A stretch of 63,863 nt of DNA, filler included, from Octopus bimaculoides (GCF_001194135.2; 7 parts of 7 records of this genome joined end to end with filler, not necessarily neighbours in it); one strand, 5' to 3'; numbered from the whole stretch's first letter, positions 12,426-25,446 are shown. Notes: generated from the sequence alone by a model not told the origin. A program made the numbers and translations.

Positions 12426-14986
12426 CCTTTCTTCTAAATTTCTTTTCTTGTTCCAAAAGATAGAAAGAATTATTTGACTTTGTGTCAAAATTTGAAAGAA
12501 TTAGAACGCGTTTAGCTTCTATGGGAACAGAGCAACACCCTAAGTAACCTTATCAAATATTTACAAAAAACAATATGAAAGTAACTATTTCAATCGGAAG
12601 TTAGAGGAATAAGTTGTTTATTTGTTTTGCTTTAGAAAGCATACGTCCGATATGAATATTTATTAATTATTTGAGAATTATCTTTTTATTAATGAAATCT
12701 GCTGGTGAATTTGTACAAACAAACTAACCGAGGGAGCGATAGCTCGTGTAGACCACGTCAACAGTGTTATGCTTTATAGCCAAGGCCTACAAATTTCTAC
12801 CACTCATAATCTCTTATTATGAACCAGTTTGATTGGGCATTAACCAGCGAGGATTGATTCGGTGCTCAGCTATAATTACTCCTAATATTCTACTAGAATA
12901 TTCTAATGGGATATTCTAATATCCTATTCCTAATTTTCCAAAGCCTGAGGAAAAGCTCTTAGTTTTTTACTATTTCCAGTTATTTGGCTGTGGCATCATT
13001 TGTGTCATTACAGCTGTTGCTTTCCTAGGACATAAAATTTTATTTTAAAATGTTAGTATTTCAATGGCTTATTATCAATCAGATCTGAAGCTAAATGTCT
13101 CTAATTGTCCAGCATTGTATACAATTTATTTTTCAGTTAGTTTCAAGAAAAGAAACAAGGGACAAAAAACAAACCACAAAACAGTGAAGTGAAAGGATTT
13201 TTTATAGTAATGCTACCATTATTTAGAGTGTGAGACACTTTGACATTGCCGTTTCGGTGCTGCGTATTTACAATTGCTGATTTGACGCTGATTTATTTGA
13301 TATTAGACATTTTAAAGCATCTCGCGTTCACTCTAACTTTCTCGCTGTGTGAGCATCAAATGTCTGTATGTGTAATCTCTCTCTCCCTCTCTTTCTCACC
13401 CTCTCTCTTTCTTCCCCTCACACTGTATGTTTTTATTCCGGTGCCCGCATGCATTTGTGTGTGTGCGCATGTGTGCGCATGTGTGCGTATGTGCGTGTAT
13501 GTGTGTATGTTTGTCACTAGGTTGAATGCCCAATCCGCCGTGCCTACTCGTTCACGTGCCAAAGAGCCGCACTTAATCATCTCACTTTATCTACTTGATC
13601 TGTACCTAATCCACCAGAATATTTACTTACAAGCTTCAATGTTTCAATTATGCATGACGAGAAGAAAAACTTATATTTCTCTACAAAATTCGGGTACACT
13701 GAACATATCTTTCTCCCACGAGCATTGTAAAACAATTACATTGTTTATTTTCAAATAATTTATCACATTATAACCTTAAAATATTTTTTTTTATTTGCTA
13801 ATCGTGTAGGATACTGAAACAATAACTTACGGGCGATACAGATAAAAGCAAAGTTTATCTCCGCGTTTCCATCGCATTTATTTCCATAGCTGCATCTATT
13901 ACGTTTGTAATGTCATCGTCTATTTTGATATTTAGGTAATATATCATTATCGAGCTCTTCCTATACAGTTTTGTTGCTGACATTGTTATAGTCAGAGTTA
14001 TGAAATATATTATTGCTACAGGGCTGCCTTAAACAGATAACCAATTCTTCAGTATATTTGATTGAAAAGAGTGGCAGAATTTGTTAACATTTCAAAATGA
14101 TAGTTATAAGGTCATTTTTGTATGAAATGCGTATTACTTGAATGGAATAATTGCATTCTAATGTCTGTTCAATTGGAAACATTGAAAGTACGTCCACTTT
14201 ATCATGGCTGCCTTCTAATAATGTAACGTTTAATCCATGTTAGTATCATTACATTTCAAGTGTATCATTCTCTTATGCCCGAGTCTTTATTCTATGAGCT
14301 GTTATCTTGTTAAGTGGGCCATTATAATTCGGTGGCTTTTAGGTTTGCAGGAATATAACATTTTTGTAAAGTGAACAAAAGTTCTATGTTTATATATTTC
14401 TCTGGAGCTACGCAAATGCCACATCATGATCATCATCATAATCATCATCTTCATCATCATAGTCATCATCGTCATCATCGTCATCGTCATCGTCATCATC
14501 ATCATCATTTTCATCACCATTGGATTTTAATACATTGCTAGTGTTAGTCTCATGTGAGACTGGAACATAATTTACCACCCCCTTTTTTTCTTCTCATCGT
14601 AGTAATATGTGTGGCAAAATTCAAGCCTGTTAGTATCCACTTCCAAACTACTAATCAATTTCCAGTGATTTCAGCCCTCCATTAACAACCGAATCCTTCC
14701 TCTATTATTTTTCCTATTTCTTTCGTCAGTGAAATGGATGTGACAGCTGGAATATTTTATATAAAAGGAAAGAATCGTACAGCACCGGTGAATGAAAATT
14801 CGTCAAACGAAAATATTTCATAATTCGTTGTTCACACTCTTTCTTAGAATTTCTAAGCCATACAAACTTGCGTGCCTTGACATTGGACCGTCAACTGCGG
14901 ATGGATTCTTAGCGGTGTCGATGTGTCAGACGGTTTCTCTTGTGTATTTAAAACTGACCGACCCAATTTCTCTCACCCTCACTGTT

Positions 14987-15058
<72 letters not shown>

Positions 15059-15154
15059 TCATTCTTTCTTTCTCCCGCTATCTGTTTACTTTTGATTGCA
15101 GCCGAATTCTACAAAAGAGTGCTTTAGAGAAAGGTAGTGAGAGAACGGAAAGGC

Positions 15155-15185
<31 letters not shown>

Positions 15186-15254
15186 GAGGATAACAACAAT
15201 AACAAAAATAATAACACCAACAACAATAATAATAATAATAATATATGCCCCGAT

Positions 15255-15799
15255 TCAATATAAGGCACTGGCTCTCATGGCTTCTGATCTTAACTGATTA
15301 GTAGAATTATCGTGTACATATTTTGTCTTGGTATAAAAGACGGGCAACACCGAATAGTTTGCTCATTACCACAGGTTTGCTTGTTAGTTGTTTGAAATTG
15401 ACCAGTTTAGCATTCCCTTGGTGGCTGAAGACATGTGAATCTCTGATCATGAACAGAAGCAGTGGGTGAGCATCATAACCGTGTGTTGAGAGGAATTCTT
15501 TGAGATTTGAATAATTCACCTCTGGAAACATGTGTGATTCGTTTAACATGCTTAAACAACTCTTATTCAGGGACCTTTTGAGAGGGGTGGGCTACCCGAC
15601 CTGAAGAAAATTCTAATTGGGCCCCACCTGCACGGTCATGCGCTGTTTACTTTGACATAAGATCACAACGTCGCGCACATATGGTTGTGGTGCATGTGCC
15701 TGGTGTACCCTTATCAGACGAGTAGTAACGATGAGTATACTGGGCTTCGTATTTTTGTACTTCAGTGTCACTCTGATGGCATGAACTCCTCTCTCACTC

Positions 15800-15800
<1 letters not shown>
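15255..15800 (+). repeat. Non-coding interspersed element bounded on both sides by (AAT)n; candidate 3' UTR of a microsatellite-targeting LINE
   Basis: Complex ~540-bp sequence between AAT arrays at ~15225-15243 and 15800-15855. No recognisable ORF. Confidence 0.4.
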
Positions 15801-15858
<58 letters not shown>

Positions 15859-15916
15859 TGATGATAATAATAATAATAATAATAGTAGTAGTAGTAGCAG
15901 CAGCAGCAGCAGTAGC

Positions 15917-15973
<57 letters not shown>

Positions 15974-15990
15974 TGTTGTAGTAGTAGTAA
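15800..15990. repeat. Compound trinucleotide array (AAT)-(GAT)-(AAT)-(AGT)-(AGC)-(AGT)
   Basis: Read directly from the sequence. Confidence 0.95.
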
Positions 15991-15994
15991 TAAT

Positions 15995-16148
15995 CCTTTC
16001 TACTATAGGCACCACTACACAACTGGTACTTACTAAAGGATGAAAGGCAAAGTAGACCCCACCCCATTTTACCTCAGTATGTGATGACAGACGAAATTCC
16101 GCTAAGTACTTCGTCCGGCGTGCTAACGATTCTGCCAGCCCGCTGCCT
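15995..16148 (-). mobile_element. SINE family B
   Basis: GGATGAAAGGCAAAGTAGACC...GCTAACGATTCTGCCAGCCCGCTGCC, the reverse complement of the tRNA-like head. Confidence 0.7.
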
Positions 16149-16276
16149 TAAAATAATCATATTATAATTCTGCTTGTTCCTTCCTTAGTTACTTAGTCCG
16201 TTATGCTCTACATAGAATATATATAATAATATGATGTTAATAGCTAAACTTTATGAATTTGTAAAGAGAAAGAGAA

Positions 16277-16760
16277 AGTCAGAGTGAGAAGAGAGGGAGA
16301 GAGAGAGTGGTGATAGAAAGTGTTGTGTACGTGTGAAACGGAAAATAAGTAGATAGATAAATACATCGACTCATTGTTAAATCAAAGAGAAAAATAACCA
16401 CAGTAAATTTTCGATGTTACTTTTACTTTTCAATACAGAGGAGGGACAGAGAGGTAGTAAGAGAGAAAGATTCAAAGTGAGAGAGAAATAATCAGAGTGA
16501 GAGGAAGCGGAGGAGAGAGAGTGGTGATAGAAAGTGTGTGTGTGTGTGTGTATGGAACGGAAGAGAAGTACATAGATAAATACATTGACACGTTGTTAAA
16601 TTAAAGAGAAATAACCACAATAAATTTTCGATGTTAATTTTACTTTTCGATACAGAGGAGGGACAGAGAGGTAGTGAGAGAGAAAGAGTCAGAGTCAGAG
16701 TGAGAAGGAGAGAATGGTGATAGAAAGTGTGTGTGTGTGTGTGTGTGTGTGTGAACGTGT
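16277..16760. repeat. ~215-bp tandem duplication (2 full units + partial third)
   Basis: CAGAGTGAGA...GTGGTGATAGAAAGTG...GATACAGAGGAGGGACAGAGAGGTAGT is repeated. Confidence 0.85.
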
Positions 16761-16778
16761 GACATTCTGTGTGCATTT

Positions 16779-16829
<51 letters not shown>

Positions 16830-16835
16830 CACATA

Positions 16836-19800
16836 TCTATACACATCTATACATACATGTATAAATAAAACAAATTTTGAAATTGAAATAAAATGTTACT
16901 CAAAATATGGAGGGTTTATTTTATCGCGGGTGCGCGTGTCCAGAAACAACATGCGGTTGTCATGGTAACAAGCTGTTAATGCTTTGCTGTCCGTTGATAG
17001 GCTAAAATTACCCAAATTTTCAAACTTTAATTCCAAGTAACATCTGATTCTTAATTTACGGGATAACGTAATTTCCTGTGAATAATCAAAATTCAGAATT
17101 ACATCGATACACCAAAGTTGAAAACAACCTGAGCAAAATTCAAGGGGACTGATTTTGTGAGTGAAACATAGAAGATCCGAATTGTCTATAACAGTCCATT
17201 TGTATCAATTTATTTTTCGTGTTTTATATACATATTATATTGTATTTTTTTGTGCTTATAAACTGCATTCATCATGAACCGGCAACAAAAACTGGAAGCT
17301 ACTCGGCAGAGGATAAGGGAAGAGCAGAGGCAGGGAATGCTAGAGAGAGACAGGCAACACCAGTAGCTGAGACGAGCTTCAATGTAGTGTGAACAATGCA
17401 AGCAACACCTGCAGCAAGATACGAGGAGACAAGAAATGAGACGAAAAAATATGAATGAGGAATAGCGTGCGCAGTGCCACGAACAGCAGAGAAACTTATT
17501 TCAGCAAAGAGTAGAGAACATGAAAAATATGGAAAATATGAATGAGGGATAGCGTGCATAGTACCACGAGCAGCAGACAAACTTATTTCAGCAAAGAGTA
17601 GAGAACATGAATCAATATGATAGGGTTATTTATCAGCAAGACCAAAGAGGAAGATATCGAGAAAGAGTTCAAATTATGAATGCTGGTGAAATTGACAACT
17701 TAAGGAGGCATCAGATGCAACGACAGCGTGTGAGAAGACATAGGCCAGTGCTGAACAGAGTTATTGTAAATGAATTTGAACAATTTAACATAGGAGAAAT
17801 GAACATTAAATGTTAATATTGTGGTGCACTTAGGCTTAGAAATGAAAATAACAGTTGTTGCCACAATGGGAAAGTGAACGTGCCTGCGTTGCAAGCATAT
17901 TCAGAGACACTAAAGGATTTATTCGAGGGAAACGATCAAGAGTCCGTTTATTCCGTAGAAATATCAGAAATTACAATTGTATCTTCTCCTCTGCATCATT
18001 TGGAGTCAAACTGACTACACCTCCAGGGAGGGGTCCGTATTGCTTCCGCATTCAGTGCCAAACTTACCACACGACGACAAACCTACATCCTGCTAATGAT
18101 CAACTGCAATACGGCCAGTTATACATCATGAAGCAGATGAAGCTCTGCACCACAGGATGGATGAGCCTCAAAATTCCGAGTGTTTCCCTGTTACTATGAG
18201 AAAAATAAGTGATGTCATCCACCAAATTAATCCTTATGCAGAATTGTACAAGAACATGCATGCAGTTGGACAAAAAGAAGAGGAGTGAGCCAGAAGAGAC
18301 AATGTGCCAATACGAAGCTGTGAGTTACGCTTCAGGAGAGGGTCCGACATCAAGTGCTACAATTTCCCCACCACCAATGAAATAGTAGCAGTGTGTTTGG
18401 TGAAAATGGTGCCCCTCCTGAAAATAGAGACATAATTGTGTATCTCAAAGATGCTTCTCCTAAAAAAATAACTTATACGTCATGCCAGTTAGACCCTATG
18501 AGTTACCCAATTCTGTTTCCCCATGGACAATCTGGATGGTATTTTGAGATGTAATACAGATCACGCAGAAAACATGGCACTGCAATCAATTGATGCAATT
18601 CTGCTAAAGAATGGTATCAATTGTTCAGCAATTGGGCTGCCTGGACATATTGGAGTTCCGCAGCTTCATCACCACGAAGACCTCGATCACACAGGCATCG
18701 CAACACTTACTGATGAACAGAGACTGATTGCTAATGTTGTGCTTGAATCAGTAGATAAGAAGAGGAGAGGTGAGGTATCCAACCACTCCTGTTTCTATGT
18801 AGATGAACCACGTAGTTGTGGTAAAACTTATATGTTTAATACTATAATTTCTTATCTGCGAAGGAACAACTGCAACGTGTGCAGTGGTGCTTGGACAGGT
18901 ATTGCCTCTACACTACTGTCGGGTGGAAAGACTATCCATAGCTTGTTCGAGTTGCCTGTCCGACTCACGGACGCCAGCATTTGTAATGTACCATGCAAAT
19001 CATTTACGAAACCTGTATTTGATCATCTTGGATGAGGCTTTCTATGATCTCTTCATTAGGTCTTCCTGCTACTGATAAAGCTTTGCGAGATATCACTGGC
19101 ATTGCTGCTATTTTTTGGTGGTAAAGTTGTGCTCTCGTGGGGAGGCTTTAAGCAAGTCTTACCCATATTGTCAAAGAGGAACTCGTGAGGCAATTATTGA
19201 AATCTGTATTAAAAATTCTCTTCTATGGCTGCATTTCATCCAATACAGATTAAGCCAAAACATCAGAACAGCAGCTCAAAGGGAATTTGTAGCATGGCTC
19301 TTGCATCTTGGCAATGGAGCATATGCAGCTCTACAAGATCATAATCTTGCTGTTGATGACATAGAAATGCCTCATATTTCGTGCGTTGACGGCTCTCTGG
19401 TGGATGATGCCTTCAACAATACATCTGAGGAAGAAAGAAGCAGGGTAATTCTTTCGCGAAAGAACTCATACTGCCTCTTAATCAATAAAGTTTTGAGACA
19501 ACTTCCAGGTGACTGCTGCAACTATTATAGTACTGATTAAGTTTTGACAGATCATCCTGCTGAGGCTGAGGGCTATCCACTTGAATTTTTAAACTCTTTC
19601 ACACCATCAGGAATGCCTCCTCATAAATTGAGTTTAAAACACGGCTCAGTAGTAATGCTTCTTCGTAACATTTCTATCTAGAATGGACTCTGCAATGGTA
19701 TAAAACTGGAAGTGATGGCCATGCATCAACATTCAATCGAAGCTTCCATAATTAACGGCTCACTAATTGGCAGAAGTGATCTCATCCCCAGAATAAAGCT

Positions 19801-20159
19801 GGCTCCAAGTGACCCTAACTTCCATTCACCTTGGAGAGAACCCAGTTTCCTGTCCGTTTGTCATATGCCATTACCATTAACAAGTCACCGGGGCAGATGT
19901 TTGAGAAGGTGGGATTGTTCTTACCTCAGCCAGTGTTCAAGTCTCGGGCAGTTGTTTGTGGCATACTGTGGATCTCGAAAACTCTCAGATGTAAGGGTAA
20001 AGGTGATGGAGACAAACAGACAAGGAAGGAGAAAAACTGTTACTAAGAACATTGTCTGCCGAGAAATATTGATTTAAGGAGTGCAGTGTTTTCAGAATTT
20101 CTGGAGACCCTTGATTGCATTAAGTATGTGTCCTTGGTTTAAATGTACATACACGCACG

Positions 20160-20232
<73 letters not shown>

Positions 20233-20708
20233 TATATGAATATCTTTCAAAATAGGAAACTATTTATGCGACATGTATTATATGGTTTTCTACATATATA
20301 GGTTTATTGTTTTCTGTATTCCTATCGGAGGAAACTGGCATGGCTCTACTGGCATGGCTCTGCTGGGAGGGAGATTACCACGGAATGATTGGCATTGGCA
20401 ATCTATGCACACATGTTGGACACTCCCAAGTGTCTCTACGTATTGTTTATTTTCCCTGCCTATGAGTATTGTATGTTAAAAAAGGATAGAATTAATAGGT
20501 AAACTTTATGTATTTGTAAATAGAACTGTAAAAATTTACACAATTTTAGTATTTGCTGCCTAATTATCTCATTCTATTACATATGTTGAGATTTCAATTA
20601 CTCCTTTCTTCAATGCGTTATTTTTATACATACATATATGTAGAAAAAGTTTATTATTTACTCAACATTCTATTAATCTGTTCGTAGAAATTCCACGGGT
20701 CCCGATAG
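16836..20708 (+). mobile_element. Helitron (Rep-Hel) with both termini recognisable, internally deleted and pseudogenised
   Basis: 5' A|TCTATAC at 16836 (alternative 16846). N-terminal Zn finger KC*YCGALR...CCHNGKV, then FRRNIRNYN..FSSASFG...GRGPYCFRIQ and LDPMSYPILFPHGQSGW. PIF1 helicase motifs: CGKTYMFN, AWTGIASTLL, GKTIHSLF, IILDEA, FGGKVV..GGFKQVLP, LSQNIR, PSGMPPHKLSLK..SVVMLLRN..GLCNG and QFPVRLSYAITINKSPGQ. 3' hairpin TCGTAGAAATTCCACGG (20682-20698) followed by GTCCCGATAG|T (CTAG-like). Confidence 0.88.
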
Positions 20709-20756
20709 TAATAATAATAATCATAATAATAATAATGATGATGATGATGATGTTGA

Positions 20757-20932
20757 TGGAGGGATATAGTTGATTACATCGATCCCGGTACTCAACTGGT
20801 ACTTAATCTATCGATCCCACAAGGATGAAAGGCAAAGTTGACTTCGGCAGAATTTAAAGTCAGAACGTAGCAGCAGACGAAATCCCACTAAGCATTTCGT
20901 CCAGCGTCTAACGATTCTGTCAGCTTGCTGCC

Positions 20933-20978
<46 letters not shown>

Positions 20979-21125
20979 TTCAAACTTTGGCATGAGAACA
21001 GTAATTTTTGTGGTAGGGAGTAAGTCGATTCCATCGATCCCAGTGCTGAAATGGTACTTAATTTATCGACTCTGAAAGGATGAAAGGCAAATTCGGCCTC
21101 AGCGGTATTTGAACTCAGAACGTAA
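20757..21125 (-). mobile_element. Two tandem SINE family B copies separated by (AAT)n
   Basis: GGATGAAAGGCAAAGTTGACTTCGGCAGAATTT and GGATGAAAGGCAAATTCGGCCTCAGCGGTATTTGAACTCAGAACG. Confidence 0.7.
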
Positions 21126-21636
21126 AGACATTTTAAGACAATCGTTATTTTCAATCTTTGTTACTTGCTTAATTATTGCTTTTAAAGATTTGGTATACGG
21201 GAGTTCAGTGGCGGGTGTCAAACCTAGCCACAGTATAAATCTATTAATCAAAAACATAAATCTGGCATACTTTCGCATGGTTTCTATCTACCCTAATTTT
21301 ACACAGAGGTCCTATCTTGACACGATGCTGTCTTACACCTCCCTAAGATGGTGCGAAGTTAGATAATAATTCAAAAGGAAACATTTAAACCGCACGGCCA
21401 TTCGTACTCGCTAAGAGAATTATGAAGCTCATCGTCTTTTCTTTGAAACTGAACGTTGGAATGTCTGTGATACTTTTAATGTTTCACGTATAGTTCCTTA
21501 ACGAAATATTTTTCTGCCAAAATTAATCTTGACTAATCGAATTAGGAATCTAATTTAGTCACCAAATTTGGAGCTACCTAGAAATAGCCATAGTTTCACA
21601 AGGAAATATGAAGTTCTTCTTCTTCTTCTTCTTCTT

Positions 21637-21691
<55 letters not shown>

Positions 21692-21770
21692 AGTTAATTC
21701 TCCTCCTACTCCATCCATAGCAAGGTATCTATTACTTCTTTTCTATGAAAGAGTCAAATCTATGTTTTAT

Positions 21771-22193
21771 CTTTTACTTGTTTCAACCGCTAGAATGTGA
21801 CCATGCTGGGGCATCACCTTGAAGAATTTTTTTGTTTCTTTTAGTCGAATGAATCGACGACAGGGTTTTGTTTAAAAAACAAAAAGACTGGTGCTTACTT
21901 TATCGGTCTCTTTTCCAGAACCACTGATTTACAGGACCTAAACAAATCAATACCGGTTTTCAATCAGTGGTTGGGAGACAAACACCGAAACAAGACGCTC
22001 ATACATAGACACACATACACATACATACATACATACATACATACATACATACATACTTACATATATGATTTGCTTCTTTCAGTTTCCATCTTCCAAATCC
22101 ACTTGCAAGGCTGTGGTCAGCCCAAGGCTATAGTAGAAGACACTTGCCCAAATTGCCACGCGAAACTTCTTACCACACAGCCACGCCTGCACC
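21771..22193 (-). mobile_element. SINE family A
   Basis: Ends in CTTCTTACCACACAGCCACGCCTGCACC, the reverse complement of the family A head. Confidence 0.75.
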
Positions 22194-22379
22194 TAACTGA
22201 TTAATTTTTTTTAGTTCAGTTTTTTCCTAAGTACATAGCCAAGGAATATACTTTTTTTTTTTTGCTGTAGCTTCAGCTCAGAGATGCGGCCATGCTGATG
22301 CACCGCCGTTTGTAATGTTGTTGATCCGCTCAATAGAATCGGATACCTTGCGACACATACTTAAGAAATGATTCTTAAA

Positions 22380-22990
22380 AACATATGATGAATCAGTTTA
22401 CAAAAGTCTCCAAAATATTACATCCGATATGACTTGTTGTACAGAGCAATAACGGTGGCCAGCAAAGCTTGCTTTTCGTTAAGTAAATATCTTAGAACTG
22501 GGTGGAATGTGTCCATAAGTTTGCTGTTTGGTCTTGTGCTATCATGAAATATTTCGACATCTAGTGAGGAGCCTAATCTACGGGCCATAAAGATAATCTT
22601 GAAGATCTTTATTCCTTGTTCACGTTTTGCTTCCATAGTGAAGAATGCTCTCTTGTTTCCGGATTTAGGCAACAAAGACACTTTAATTAATTAAAAAAAT
22701 TCATTCTTGGTAATGTGTATAAATTTCTGAATCTTATGAATTCCGGTTTAGAAGTTGAGAGGAGATAACCATATTTTTGTTTTCGTGGTAGAATGTCTGT
22801 CAAATGTACGATTGACTTAGTAGAGGAATAATGTGTTAAAGGGAAAATATTTCTGTTAAGAAATTACCTGTAAATGTGAGAGTGCTTTAGTGAAGTAATA
22901 GGTTCGAAATATATGGGTTTTGCCATCCTTACGGAAAAGAATTAAAGTCGTATAGCTAAGGTTTTTCGTAAGTAGATTTAGAATGAGAAA
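22380..22990 (-). mobile_element. RTE-type LINE C-terminal fragment
   Basis: Minus strand, with frameshifts, reads ESILHYGSKT*TRNKDLQD...IRLLTR.RNIS...QTYGHIPPSSKIF..RKASFAGHRYCSVQQVISDVIFWR, matching the ESILLYGSETW...LRFAGHCYR pattern. Confidence 0.65.
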
Positions 22991-23186
22991 GCATTTGCTC
23001 CCAGAAATGCTCAAACAAACAGACAGACACACACATATGTATATTCACAAACACGTATATTCACACAAGACTGCATTGTTATAACATCTATTCTACTGCC
23101 AAATAGTACACATACATACACACACACGCACTCACATTCACACAAACTTATGCATATCTATATCTATCTATCTATCTATCTATCTT

Positions 23187-23226
<40 letters not shown>

Positions 23227-23229
<3 letters not shown>

Positions 23230-23464
23230 GTGGAAGGGTGGCGTTCCGATGGTGAAGCGATCCATTTGCTGTCAACAACCGTTACATGGAGGACTGGGGA
23301 TGCCGTGGTTAATGATGCGCAGACATGCGCTGAGACTGCGGCATCTCTGGAACTTCATTGACGACGGTGAACAGGTGTGGGCGCCGTTTGTGAGGCACGC
23401 CTTCCCGCAGCTCGTCTCACTCACCGAACTGCAAACATGGATCAGGAAGAGACCGAAACTGGGC
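23227..23464 (+). mobile_element. L1/Tx1-like LINE post-RT fragment, truncated by a gap
   Basis: WKGGVPMVKRSICCQQPLHGGLGMPWLMMRRHALRLRHLW (xxGGLGxP motif). GC-rich and stop-free, so probably young. Confidence 0.65.
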
Positions 23465-23649
23465 NNNNNNNNNNNNNNNNNNNNNNNNNNNNNNNNNNNN
23501 NNNNNNNNTTAATTAATTAANNNNNNNNNNNNNNNNNNNNNNNNNNNNNNNNNNNNNNNNNNNNAAGTGTTTTTTTTGTTATAAATATAATTTAAAAAAA
23601 AAAGAGAGAAAAGACAGATAATTAAGAATTACACAGAAAAAGTGAACGA

Positions 23650-25174
23650 TGGTAAATTGTTTATATAAACGATTCAAATGGTACTACATGGTTATGGGGC
23701 CCATGCAGCCATTTCATTTCTTCATTATATAACATCTCATTGTCATTCGGTTTATGTTTTGTGTCCCCATTGTGGTGTTGTGTCTGTCCTTGTAGTGTCC
23801 CCATCTGTGTTGTGGCCATAGTGCCAAATAAAGAAAAACAGAGGTAGCTGTGTCTCTACTGGTTTTACTATGTAGACTGTATACCGAAGTGGGCGTTATG
23901 ACAATCCAACATATAGTTGGGTGTATCAAAGGTTCGAATGCGTCTGATGGACCTAAAGAAAAAATTGCAGTAAAACAGAATGGGACTCCTGTATGTAAGC
24001 CAAAACGAAATGAAAAATTCCCCACGATAAAAGGTAAACATTGTTCAAAAGTAGATGTTCCGTGGTCGAAACTAGACATCGATTTCGCTGGTCCTTTCAA
24101 TGGTTCCTACTAGTAAGTGGTAGTTGATAGTTTCTCGAAATGGCCAGAAATTTGTTAAGTGTAAAGAAGCAACCTCCTCAACTGTGATAAATTTTTTACA
24201 TAAATTGTTTGCAAGATTTGACATCCTAAACTAGGTAGTGCTTGACAATGGAACGCAATTTGTGTCTAGCGAATTAAAAAAGTTTTGTGAAATGTTCGCG
24301 GTAGAACCTATAACTACAGTGCCATATCATCTCAGATTTAACGGACAAGCAGAATGCTTTGTTGATACCTCCGAAAGAGTCCTTAGAAAATCAAATAAGG
24401 AAGTCACGGATGAGGTACCTCTACAACAATTTTCAGAGTGTACCGTGGGACACCAAATGTGAATATACCAGAAGGTAGTTCACCTTGAGTAATTGCTTGC
24501 TGGCAAGAAAAGAAAAAGTGTTAGGGAAAACATAGTAAGATTTTTTAAGTTGTTGAAAAGGTGTACATGAGGGCATACAAGAATGGAAAGCAGAGTTGGG
24601 AAGATGGCGTAATTACCAAGTGCATAGGGAAAATGCTGTACTGGGTAAAAATTAGAAATGGCGTATATAAGAGACACATAAAGCAACTGAAAAAGAAATT
24701 CGTGGAAACCAAAGAAGTGGAATGGTTGTAGAATACGATCCAAGTACGAACATCACAACAGGGGATTGAACTCAAGCGGGGAAAAGAAAACATATAGAGT
24801 TCCTGAAAATAGATGCCAAGCGCAAACCATATTAAATCATACGTACCCCCCCCCCCCCAAAAAAGTGAGGTGGGGTGAATGAAAAAAAAAATTATTAGCT
24901 AAATAAAATGACACCTCCTAAGAAAAACATAAAAGGGGAGATGTAGGGAATTAATAATAATGGTACATCCTTCTCACGTGACTAATATAATAACCTGGTC
25001 ATTGTAAGTAAAGAGAAGTACGTGAAGTATTACAGTACGTAGTAGGTGGTCAGAGATACTTGTGTCTTTACTGGTTTTACTAAGTACATTGTACACTGAA
25101 AATGGCGTTGTCACAGTCCAGCATTTTACGGATATAAAAATATACAGTAATGTTGGTGGCACCAACCAACAACA
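23650..25174 (+). mobile_element. Internally deleted Ty3/Gypsy LTR element: 5' LTR-like, integrase core, PPT, 3' LTR
   Basis: Integrase VPWSKLDIDFAGPFNG...VVDSFSKWPE...VVLDNGTQFVSSELKKFC...PYHLRFNGQAECFVDT. Polypurine tract AAAAGGGGAGA at 24931-24941. LTR TGTAGGG...CAACA at 24942-25174. Segment 23839-23912 matches 25051-25124 at 58/74 nt, ungapped. Confidence 0.8.
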
Positions 25175-25403
25175 CATATATACACCTACTCACATATGCC
25201 CTAGTTTTTTGTTTAACAACCGATAATATGCGCACTCAATACATGCAGAGTACATAAGTATATACTTGCATATAAATATGTATTACTTTCTGTAAATATA
25301 AAATTTATATATAACTAATGCATCTATATATCTCTAAGGATATACATACATATATAAATGTACACAGACACACGCGCACGCATACACGCGCGCGCGCAAA
25401 GAC

Positions 25404-25446
<43 letters not shown>

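Noticed and set aside
13240-13758. 172-aa plus-strand ORF with E-box/GC-rich patch
   Set aside because: It spans (CT)/(GT) microsatellites and has no recognisable motif. It may be regulatory, but I cannot support that.
14302-16067. Poly-M/T/I/Y/V/R/K, HT, CV, YI and LSIY ORFs here and throughout the window
   Set aside because: Translations of di-, tri- and tetranucleotide microsatellites, with no splice or homology support.
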